This document shows, one piece after another, positions 24,536-31,508 of a stretch of 32,000 nucleotides of DNA; position 1 is the stretch's first letter; each line of letters opens with the position of its first letter. The stretch is from Candidatus Saccharimonadota bacterium (GTDB taxonomy: Bacteria > Patescibacteriota > Saccharimonadia > Saccharimonadales > Saccharimonadaceae). The position numbers and the translations under genes are program-made. The notes below the pieces were generated by a model, which ran no database searches, was not told the origin of the DNA, and saw only the letters and a program-made list of their open reading frames with translations. The stretch spans positions 720,001-752,000 of the forward strand of contig NZ_CP045921.1 in the NCBI RefSeq assembly GCF_025273655.1, written 5' to 3'.

Positions 24536-26677
24536 TTATTGCTTCATTTCATTGTGATGGTACGTGTTTATATCCTTAATGCGGTTCATAAGAAATCGAG
24601 AGCTTGTATGAATTTCAGCGATACTTCTCGTAGGTGTCGTACCGTGCGAGAGAACATTGCAAACAGATAGTAACTTCTTGAGCTTGGCTTCATTATTGAC
24701 ACTAATATTGATTACTTCAGTTTCAAATAGGGCTACTGCAATTTCGTTGTAACTGCTTTGCGTCGCAAGCGCTATCCCAAAGTTAAAGCGAATATACTCC
24801 TCAAGCACGCGGCGCATCGTATTGGGCATATGCAGCGCTTCATCAGGAGTTAACTGATCTGCCGTTTTTTGCGAGAACTCGTAGATTTCTTTGTATAACT
24901 TTCTGTAGGGCATGGTGACGCTGCGTGAAAGCTCAATGTCACTCTGGCCGCTCACCTTAGTAATTTCAAACTTTTTAACGTTGGCTTCCTCGTACTTTCC
25001 ATAGCACAAGTCACAGTAATCACGCCATGAGTGCGTAAGCACGAACGACTGAAAATTCCGGTTATCAATGATGCTCTTTACTAACTCAAGGATAAAGAAC
25101 CTATTCTCATCGTCCATACTTGTTGCCGGATCATCAATAATAACTATCTCAAGGTTATCCTTGAGGTTCTTCTTGTCGCTGCCGAGCATCTCGTAGTAGA
25201 AATACACCAGTGCCAGAAGATTGCGCTCGCCCTCGCTTATATCGTCAATATTGAGATCAACATTCAAAATAGAGTGCTGCAACGCGTACGCTTTTCCCGA
25301 CAATACTAACTTGAAGCCGATTCCAATTTCTTCAAATATCTGATTCAGATACTCAGCAAAATCAGACAGGTCAGATTTGCTATCTCTAAGCTTGCGAATT
25401 GCCTCCGTTCTTGTACGAATATCTTTCTTGAGTTCAGCAATCTTTTTATTATTCTCCGTATAGGCTGCCGTGTTATCACTAACAAGCTGGCTATTCTTCA
25501 CCTCAAAACCGATTGCACCCTTAACAAGAATCTCTAGCCGGTTAATCTTGTCTTCATATAAGCTCTTGAGTTTCTCACGAACATCAAGGAGTGCTTGAAT
25601 ATGCTCTTGCGCCGTGTCGAGTGTATTTTTGAGACTGTCCACGTCTATGCTGGCTTTTTCGGACATTGCCTCAATCTTATCGGCTATAACTTTACCGGCG
25701 TCTTCTATGGCTTGCTTACTGGTAGCGAGAGCGGCCAAAGATTGTTTAACGGACTCATCTTGCTCAAGGGTCACAGTAACAGTCTCACTGGCATCTGTAA
25801 TACCATTGATGTTCTTGTAGATGAGTCGGAGACTATTCTGTATCTTCTCAAGTATTTTACGGTCAACACTTCTTTCGTCGTCAAGGTACGCTTGAATACG
25901 CTGCGCCACTTCTTTCGTATCAAGCGGGCTTTTACAGTATTCACAGTGATCCTTGCCGCTATGAAGCTCAAGACCGGTTTCTAGCCAGCTAACAATATCC
26001 GCACTCGGTATTTCTATGGTTGAGTAGGTTTTAGCGGTAATGCGGCCAAGTTCCTCAAAGTCGGCTTCGGCTATTTCCGGCGAGCGGCTTAATGAGAGAC
26101 TATTGATAAGATCGAGAGTACTCTTAAAATCTTTTTCGCCATCAATTTCATCGTACTTCTCGTCGGGGAACTGTTTAACGGCGTTGGTATAGTCGTCAGT
26201 CCAAAGCTGCACCACCTTTTCATGAATACCCTCTTTGATAGGCTTCTTGGCGATACTGGCCTTACCTTTTCGTCGCTTAAAGATATCATCAAGCGTCGTT
26301 GTCGTGGCTGCAATCAGCTTCTCATTTTCTTCCGTCAGAGTGTCTATTTCTGCTTGTGCTTTATCATTCAGGTCTGACTGTTCTTGGATACGCTTCTCTA
26401 GATCAACGTCAACCTTACCGAAGTCAGCCTTTACGCCTTTGATTCCGCCGCCGTCCTGTAATAGTAGTTGCTCTGATACGAAGTGTTTGTTGTAGATGCG
26501 GAGATTGGCTTCATCGTGCGTTTTCAAGTATTCAGTACGCAGGCCAAGCGCAAGAGAGCTTTTACCGTTCCCGTTGGGCGCGAAGAATATATTGGAGCGC
26601 CCAAATAAGCAGCTCGGTCCGGTGTAGCCTGTAAATGATTTGAGTGTAAAATCTGTTACTTTTTCAACTGGCGTCAT
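24536..26677 (-). CDS. AAA_13-type ATPase resembling RloC/PrrC anticodon nucleases (coiled-coil with CxxC zinc hook)
   Basis: Walker A APNGNGKSS; long heptad-rich insert containing CEYC (C245/C248); signature-like ISEGERNLL; Walker B VIIDDPATSMD; LTHSW; C-terminal RRVLEEY ... NVLSHG (R-x3-E...H). Confidence 0.75.
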   Translation of the reverse strand: MTPVEKVTDFTLKSFTGYTGPSCLFGRSNIFFAPNGNGKSSLALGLRTEYLKTHDEANLRIYNKHFVSEQLLLQDGGGIKGVKADFGKVDVDLEKRIQEQSDLNDKAQAEIDTLTEENEKLIAATTTTLDDIFKRRKGKASIAKKPIKEGIHEKVVQLWTDDYTNAVKQFPDEKYDEIDGEKDFKSTLDLINSLSLSRSPEIAEADFEELGRITAKTYSTIEIPSADIVSWLETGLELHSGKDHCEYCKSPLDTKEVAQRIQAYLDDERSVDRKILEKIQNSLRLIYKNINGITDASETVTVTLEQDESVKQSLAALATSKQAIEDAGKVIADKIEAMSEKASIDVDSLKNTLDTAQEHIQALLDVREKLKSLYEDKINRLEILVKGAIGFEVKNSQLVSDNTAAYTENNKKIAELKKDIRTRTEAIRKLRDSKSDLSDFAEYLNQIFEEIGIGFKLVLSGKAYALQHSILNVDLNIDDISEGERNLLALVYFYYEMLGSDKKNLKDNLEIVIIDDPATSMDDENRFFILELVKSIIDNRNFQSFVLTHSWRDYCDLCYGKYEEANVKKFEITKVSGQSDIELSRSVTMPYRKLYKEIYEFSQKTADQLTPDEALHMPNTMRRVLEEYIRFNFGIALATQSSYNEIAVALFETEVINISVNNEAKLKKLLSVCNVLSHGTTPTRSIAEIHTSSRFLMNRIKDINTYHHNEMKQ

Positions 26678-26684
26678 CAGATCT

Positions 26685-26690
26685 AATTTT
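26685..26690 (-). promoter_or_regulatory. -10 box (TAAAAT) 7 nt upstream of the RloC-like ATG
   Basis: The minus strand reads TAAAAT-tagatct-gATG, with no SD. The architecture matches that at ddl and rarA. Confidence 0.35.
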
Positions 26691-26817
26691 ACCGCCCAAC
26701 TCCTCTAATGGCTACCATAAGTACTTTGAAAAAGAAAGAAGACTCCTGTTCTCTCGCAGAGCGAAAAACACGAATCTTCTTAACCCAATTATATATAGAA
26801 ATTAATTATTTTTAACT

Positions 26818-26958
26818 CCTTACTTCACGTACTGTTCAAGTATACGGGTCGAGCAAACGTATCAAGGTCGTTCGTTCACTGGTAAACGTCAGGAGCGCTC
26901 CACCTTGACACCTTTGCCATGCGACCCCGTCAGGTAACTCCGTTACGTAAAGTAAAGG
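26818..26958 (+). repeat. structured leader/promoter module, copy 1 (conserved core 26842-26909)
   Basis: Nested complementary segments: 26818-26832/26942-26958, 26844-26851/26922-26930, 26853-26857/26913-26917, 26862-26868/26902-26908. The core is about 80 percent identical to 27361-27430. Confidence 0.6.
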
Positions 26959-26966
26959 AGGAAGAC

Positions 26967-27260
26967 ATGACTAGCGTAGCTGAAGCAACACAAACTGTAG
27001 CCACCGAGTATAACGGGTGGAGCAATCGAGAAACGTGGGTGGTAAACCTGTGGCTCTCAGGTGAACCGTCTAGTTATAGCGTACTGATGGAAGCTGTGAG
27101 TATGCAATGTCCCGCAGTCGACAAAGCTGACTGGCTTAAAGAACGGTTAGAGTGGCAGCTAAACGATGAGATCGAGGATGCCTGTATGTGGCGCGACTTG
27201 CTACAACACGCCTTTCGACAAGTTGACTGGTTAGAGATTATCAAAGCTAATCTCGACTAG
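26967..27260 (+). CDS. hypothetical small protein (97 aa) with W-rich motif NGWSNRETWVVNLWL
   Basis: ATG 26967 is preceded by AAAGGAGG. The track start at 26919 lies inside the leader hairpin. Confidence 0.7.
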   Translation: MTSVAEATQTVATEYNGWSNRETWVVNLWLSGEPSSYSVLMEAVSMQCPAVDKADWLKERLEWQLNDEIEDACMWRDLLQHAFRQVDWLEIIKANLD

Positions 27261-27340
27261 CTAACGACGTCCTGAGCATGACGCTAAACTGCTCCTATCG
27301 TCATGCTGTACGGAACTAAGTGGCAGCATGTAAGAGGCTT

Positions 27341-27467
27341 CCTCCCTCTGTCTTTTCATTATACGGGTGAACGAACCGCATCAAGGTCGTTCGTCCCATT
27401 GGTAAACGTCAAGGGGAGCTCCACCTTGACCCAGTTCGTTGCAGCCCGTCGCCCTCTGACAGAGAGG
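27341..27467 (+). repeat. structured leader/promoter module, copy 2 (conserved core 27361-27430)
   Basis: Nested complementary segments: 27341-27352/27458-27467, 27363-27367/27445-27449, 27370-27376/27434-27440, 27381-27387/27423-27429. Confidence 0.6.
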
Positions 27468-27501
27468 CAGAAAGCCCTCTCGGTAAAGCAAGGAGGGTCT
27501 T

Positions 27502-27834
27502 ATGGACACCGACACGATACCAAACGAAACATCAGCAAAGATAGCTGCGCTCAATGACGCGCATCGTCGTAGCAATCCAGTGCGTTACATGATTACGCGC
27601 GGCGTATCTGCAAAGATGGATTTGCAAAGAGTCATCAGCATGGTACGGAGTTACGATGTCTTTAATGAAGACAACGACCCATACGGAGAGCATGATTTTG
27701 GACAAATCAAGCTCGATGGCGAGACGTTGTTTTGGAAGATAGACTACTACGACCAGCAGTTGTCCGGTTGGTGCGATCCGCTCAGTCCGGATTGTCACCG
27801 AGTCTTAACGGTGATGTTAGCCGAGGAATACTAA
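27502..27834 (+). CDS. DUF3768-like protein
   Basis: NEDNDPYGEHDFGQI...LFWKIDYYD matches, from memory, the DUF3768 family found on plasmids and ICEs. SD is AAGGAGGG. Confidence 0.7.
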   Translation: MDTDTIPNETSAKIAALNDAHRRSNPVRYMITRGVSAKMDLQRVISMVRSYDVFNEDNDPYGEHDFGQIKLDGETLFWKIDYYDQQLSGWCDPLSPDCHRVLTVMLAEEY

Positions 27835-27847
27835 CCTCGGCTTTTTT
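27819..27847 (+). terminator. rho-independent terminator after the DUF3768-like gene
   Basis: AGCCGAGG-aatactaa-CCTCGGCT followed by TTTTT. The stop codon lies in the loop. Confidence 0.75.
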
Positions 27848-27904
27848 AGTCCTGGGCGTGACTTAAAACCGCCCGACAAAGTTTAATTCTAAAGGAGCGA
27901 AGAC

Positions 27905-28126
27905 ATGTATATCACAGTAAGCGAAGCAACACGTCAGAAAATTGAGCACAGTCGAGAAAGCTGGGCAGAAATAGCTAAGAAGTTTGGCTGGTACTTTGAA
28001 CCGTTCTATATTCAGGTACGGATTGACGAGTTCGGTGAAGTTGTCGATACGGTTGGCCATAAAGGTATGCAAAATTCACGCGGCGATATACTCATATCTG
28101 ATGAGCTTGATGACGGAATAGAATAG
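27905..28126 (+). CDS. hypothetical small protein (73 aa)
   Basis: SD AAAGGAGCGAAGAC-ATG, nearly identical to the SD context of 26967. Acidic C-terminus. Confidence 0.65.
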   Translation: MYITVSEATRQKIEHSRESWAEIAKKFGWYFEPFYIQVRIDEFGEVVDTVGHKGMQNSRGDILISDELDDGIE

Positions 28127-28162
28127 CTATCATACCAGTCCTGGGCAAGACGATAAAAGGCT

Positions 28163-28972
28163 CTACAAATCAGATAGTAGTAAAAGCTCGTCAGCATCTT
28201 CAATGCTTGTCCAAACGGCATCGCTTGCGGCTGCGTCTTTGAGTGCGCCAAAGGTGGTCGTATATACAGCCAAGTCATCGTCTATGTCGGCACGATTGAT
28301 TGCAGCACTAGCCGCACGCCTCGCGCGTGTTTCGGTCGTACCTTTTTCCGTGACGAGTAATAGGCTCGGTAGTTCGCTATTCGTCGCCTCCCAGCCACCC
28401 TCATCAAAGAACTCAGCATAACCACTAATCCGGCGATCAAGTATATTGCGCGGCAGACTGTCAGGAATGACATCTAAGAAGAAGCGCTTTGGAGTGTCGC
28501 CAAGTTTGAGTGACAAAAAGGCATCAGGTGGACTATCGGGAAAGTAGCTAAAGCGGCTCATATCGCGGCGGAGGTATACCTTCAAGTCTGGGTACTGATG
28601 CTTGAGGGCGTTCGTGAGGCCATAGACATCTAGGGTATGGGAAACAAAAGCTTGACTCAGAACTTTATCACGATAGCTGGCCTTTATGGTGGCTTCGGTA
28701 ATGTGAGCGTGACCATCAAGCGCTTGAAGCGTTTTGAGGCCTTTAGACGTCAAGTAATAGGCTGCTGGCACACCGAGTAGCTTGAGTCGCTTTTCCTGCC
28801 TCATAGCTACTAATCCATGCTTAATAAGGACGTTTAATTTCTCGTATAAACTAGACCCTGCTTTAATACCTAGACTATCTGCTACTAACTGACGACTACC
28901 AAACCTGTACTTATACAGAACTTCTAATATGTCTATTTGACCTTGTTTTAATGCTGATCGTTTATCTGCCAT
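28163..28972 (-). CDS. replication-relaxation family protein (wHTH N-terminus)
   Basis: N-terminal wHTH-like ILEVLYKYRFGSRQLVADSL...LIKHGLV, then HTLDVYGL, PDAFLSL and RFFLDV segments typical of the Replic_Relax family of Gram-positive plasmids and ICEs. Confidence 0.7.
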   Translation of the reverse strand: MADKRSALKQGQIDILEVLYKYRFGSRQLVADSLGIKAGSSLYEKLNVLIKHGLVAMRQEKRLKLLGVPAAYYLTSKGLKTLQALDGHAHITEATIKASYRDKVLSQAFVSHTLDVYGLTNALKHQYPDLKVYLRRDMSRFSYFPDSPPDAFLSLKLGDTPKRFFLDVIPDSLPRNILDRRISGYAEFFDEGGWEATNSELPSLLLVTEKGTTETRARRAASAAINRADIDDDLAVYTTTFGALKDAAASDAVWTSIEDADELLLLSDL

Positions 28973-28994
28973 GATACTATCTCGTGTTCACTGT

Positions 28995-29046
28995 CTCTGC
29001 TTCTTCTTTTCTATATATGTATATATAAGAAAGAGAGAAAAAATAC
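28995..29046. repeat. AT-rich imperfect palindrome (pyrimidine arm / TATATA centre / purine arm)
   Basis: CTCTGCTTCTTCTTTTCTATATATGTATATATAAGAAAGAGAGAAAAAA lies in the divergent intergenic region between the replication-relaxation gene and the recombinase operon. Confidence 0.4.
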
Positions 29047-29129
29047 AAGTATTAACAGATGTAAATAAGGGTATAAATACCGCATACCGATATTCGGCAT
29101 AATTTAAGAGGTAAAATAAGTAAAAAGTA

Positions 29130-29158
29130 TTGCTTTTTATTTTAATTAGTAATACTAT
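29130..29158 (+). promoter_or_regulatory. sigma70-like promoter for the small-ORF/recombinase operon
   Basis: TTGCTT (29130-29135) - 17 nt - TACTAT (29153-29158). Confidence 0.35.
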
Positions 29159-29169
29159 TTATATATAGA

Positions 29170-29195
29170 GATTGTACGTTAACAATTCGGCTAGT
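29170..29195. repeat. left arm of 26/27-nt inverted repeat
   Basis: GATTGTACGTTAACAATTCGGCTAGT. The reverse complement of 29603-29629 is GATTGCCACGCTAACAACTCGGCTAGT, giving about 22 matches with 1 indel. Confidence 0.65.
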
Positions 29196-29214
29196 TACAG
29201 GTAAAGGAGGCGGC

Positions 29215-29367
29215 ATGATTGAGCGTGAATTACTTGAAAAGGAAGCGATGGCAGAAGTATACGCCTGCTGGTACTACGACCTAGCAGATACGCTTTACGA
29301 AACGCCAGACGAAGACCTTTTGGCTATCGTGAACCACACGCATATGTGCATTACATGTGAGCGCTAA
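29215..29367 (+). CDS. hypothetical 50-aa protein with C..HxCxxC pattern (below ORF-track cutoff)
   Basis: Own translation: MIERELLEKEAMAEVYACWYYDLADTLYETPDEDLLAIVNHTHMCITCER*. SD AAAGGAGG lies 6 nt upstream. Confidence 0.4.
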   Translation: MIERELLEKEAMAEVYACWYYDLADTLYETPDEDLLAIVNHTHMCITCER

Positions 29368-29395
29368 ATAGTATTACATGTTAAAATAAGGGCAA

Positions 29396-29599
29396 ATGTC
29401 CAGAAAGATAGTCAGTATGCAAATACGTGTCACAGACGACCTACGCGAGCGTGCAAAGGCCGTTGCTAAGAAGCATGGACTAACGCTTAGCGAACTCGTG
29501 TTGCAGCTGCTTGCTCAAACGGGTGACAAGCAGCTCAAAGATTTAGTGAACAAAGAACTCAAAGAACGACCAAAGCCAGGACGACCCTGGGACAAATAA
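29396..29599 (+). CDS. ribbon-helix-helix (CopG/Arc-like) DNA-binding protein
   Basis: KIVSMQIRVTDDLRERAKAVAKKHGLTLSELVLQLL fits a beta-strand, helix, helix pattern. Confidence 0.7.
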   Translation: MSRKIVSMQIRVTDDLRERAKAVAKKHGLTLSELVLQLLAQTGDKQLKDLVNKELKERPKPGRPWDK

Positions 29600-29602
29600 A
29601 CT

Positions 29603-29629
29603 ACTAGCCGAGTTGTTAGCGTGGCAATC
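29603..29629. repeat. right arm of 26/27-nt inverted repeat
   Basis: ACTAGCCGAGTTGTTAGCGTGGCAATC, located about 20 nt upstream of the SD of the 64-aa ORF. Confidence 0.65.
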
Positions 29630-29647
29630 TCCACATAAGGAGGGTAT

Positions 29648-29842
29648 ATGTCACGTCCAAAAGGCAGTAAAAATCAGCAAGCAATCGCAACTCCCGACAC
29701 GGTGCAATTCACCGTCGAGGAGCGTATCAAGTTTATTGCCGACCTGATTGCCGACCGTATAGCCGAAGACGAGGCTGACGGCTTTCCTCTGCTCAAAAAA
29801 ATACAGGAGGTAGACAATGTTTCAAGACAGCAAACAGCGTAA
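29648..29842 (+). CDS. small protein with AT-hook-like N-terminus (RPKGSKN); candidate recombination directionality factor or regulator
   Basis: SD AAGGAGGG. The 3' end overlaps the recombinase start by 26 nt. Confidence 0.55.
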   Translation: MSRPKGSKNQQAIATPDTVQFTVEERIKFIADLIADRIAEDEADGFPLLKKIQEVDNVSRQQTA

Positions 29843-31508
29843 TGCTGTCCTAGCAGTCCGTGTATCGACTGTCGGGCAAGGGATTGATGGCGACTCGCCA
29901 GAAGCCCAAATCGAGCAAGGTAAGCGCTATGCTCCTGCGCACGGCATCAATATCACTAAAATCCTGACGTATCTTGAGTCGGCCGCCGGTGATAATCAGC
30001 CGATGCAGCATGTGATTGATTACGCTATCGACCCGAAAAACGATATTGACGTTATCCTTGTCAAATCCATCGACCGTTTCACCCGCGCTGGTGCGATGGT
30101 GTACGAGCAGCTCAAAAAACAGCTCGAACCCCGTGGTGTCCATCTTGAAGACATGTACGGCGTGATTAGTAATGCAAAGATCAACACGCTAGAGCATCTC
30201 GGTATGGAGTATAAGTGGAGCGTTACCACACCGTCACGTAAAACAGAGTTACTTGAGGCAGAACGTGCCAAAGACGAGGTACGCGATATTCTAACGCGCA
30301 TGATTGGCTCGGAAATCCGCTACACACAGATCGGCTACTGGTCACGTGCAGCGCTATACGGATATGAAACGAGCAAGCTTGAAACCGTGAACGGTAAACG
30401 AGCTATTCTTGTGCCGCAAACCGACCAAGCGCCTATTATTCGTAAGATGTACGATATGCGAGCCTCTGGCATCTACAGTGACGACCAAATAGCCGATGAA
30501 ATGAACCGGCTTGGTTTTCAAACTCCAATCAAGGTAATTCGCGACAAGCTAGACCGGACTAAGATTGTGAGGCGTTCTGGCGGCAAGAAAATGACCGGCA
30601 AGCTGCTGCGCGTCTATGTTGCAAAGACTATTTATGCAGGCGTGAATACTGAAAAGTGGACTGGCGATAAGCCGGTGCTATGTAAGTTTGATGGTTTAGT
30701 GTCTATCGAGTTATGGAATAAAGCCAATCGCGGCAAAATCAGTATTGCACTCAATCCTGATGATCCAGACCACCCAACCGTTACCCGTGCGCCTAAGCAA
30801 GAGAAATTTGCAAAGAAGAACGTATATAACGAGGAGTTCCCATATCGCAAAGTGGTGCTCTGTCCTGAATGTAGCAATCCGTTGCTTGGGAGCGCTTCTC
30901 GTGGCAAGTCGGGCAAATACTACCCTGCATATCACTGTAGTCACCACGGTCACTATTTCCGCGTTCCTAAAGGCGAGTTCGATGACAAGATAAATCAATT
31001 CATTGAGCGCGTTATCGTCGATCCTGCGCGTTTTGACGAGGTTCTAAAGGCCGTACAGACCGTGTGGGAGCAACGCCAAGTGCGTGTGCAGGACGAGGGT
31101 GAACTACGCGATAAGAAGCGCGAGGAGCTTGAGGCTCAGATGCGCGTTATTGTAGACAAAATGAGGCTTGTGTCATCACCGACGGCAATTAAATACATGG
31201 AGGAGGACTTAACTAAAATAGAGCAGCAAATTAACGATTTAGATGCTCGTAAAGGCGAGCTAGAAACGCAAGGAGGCGTCGATATGCCAACAATCTTGAA
31301 ATATATAGAATACTTTGTGGAACACCTCAAAGAATTGCTCATCGACCACTGTAACCCGATACTTCGAGCACGTTATTTTGGGGTATTATTCGACAAAATG
31401 CCAAGCTATGCAGAAATAGATTGTGGAACACCAGAAAATGAAAAAGTTCCAGAGGTCAACGAGCTTTTCAAGCTTGTATTGTCTGGAACGTCTTCATTGG
31501 TGCGGTGA
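29817..31508 (+). CDS. large serine recombinase
   Basis: Resolvase-type catalytic domain (AVRVSTVGQ with catalytic Ser, SIDRFTR), recombinase domain, zinc ribbon CPECSNPL...YHCSHHGH, and a C-terminal coiled-coil. SD is AGGAGG. Confidence 0.9.
   Translation: MFQDSKQRNAVLAVRVSTVGQGIDGDSPEAQIEQGKRYAPAHGINITKILTYLESAAGDNQPMQHVIDYAIDPKNDIDVILVKSIDRFTRAGAMVYEQLKKQLEPRGVHLEDMYGVISNAKINTLEHLGMEYKWSVTTPSRKTELLEAERAKDEVRDILTRMIGSEIRYTQIGYWSRAALYGYETSKLETVNGKRAILVPQTDQAPIIRKMYDMRASGIYSDDQIADEMNRLGFQTPIKVIRDKLDRTKIVRRSGGKKMTGKLLRVYVAKTIYAGVNTEKWTGDKPVLCKFDGLVSIELWNKANRGKISIALNPDDPDHPTVTRAPKQEKFAKKNVYNEEFPYRKVVLCPECSNPLLGSASRGKSGKYYPAYHCSHHGHYFRVPKGEFDDKINQFIERVIVDPARFDEVLKAVQTVWEQRQVRVQDEGELRDKKREELEAQMRVIVDKMRLVSSPTAIKYMEEDLTKIEQQINDLDARKGELETQGGVDMPTILKYIEYFVEHLKELLIDHCNPILRARYFGVLFDKMPSYAEIDCGTPENEKVPEVNELFKLVLSGTSSLVR

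Larger units (their letters stand above)
24536..31508. mobile_element. putative integrated mobilizable element (large serine recombinase type) abutting tRNA-Leu; left boundary undefined
   Basis: The recombinase stop overlaps the tRNA-Leu 3' end. The region also carries a replication-relaxation family gene, an RHH gene, small plasmid-type genes and a defence-type ATPase, and it looks visibly more AT-rich than the core by eye. Confidence 0.45.

Noticed and set aside
26905-26910. + strand TTGACA (TTGACC in copy 2) at the end of the conserved core, considered as a -35 box for the downstream small genes
   Set aside because: No acceptable -10 hexamer lies 16-19 nt downstream in either copy (CGTCAG and TCGCCC). 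It remains only a possibility under the single-strand promoter hypothesis.
26919-26966. Upstream extension (MRPRQVTPLRKVKEED) of the 97-aa gene as given by the track
   Set aside because: The ATG at 26967 has a perfect AAAGGAGG SD. The extension lies within the 3' half of the hairpin module and is most likely non-coding.
27303-27557. 84-aa ORF spanning leader copy 2 and the start of the DUF3768-like gene
   Set aside because: It has no SD, overlaps the conserved non-coding module, and runs out of frame into a gene that has a strong SD. The homologous module in copy 1 has no equivalent ORF.
13565-29000. Search by eye for a second copy of the tRNA-Leu 3' end (TGGTGCGGTGAAGAGGACTTGAACC) to define the other element boundary
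   Set aside because: I found only trivial 7-nt matches, for example GAACCTC at about 13618. Serine recombinases do not generate long direct repeats, so absence is uninformative. A computational alignment is needed.
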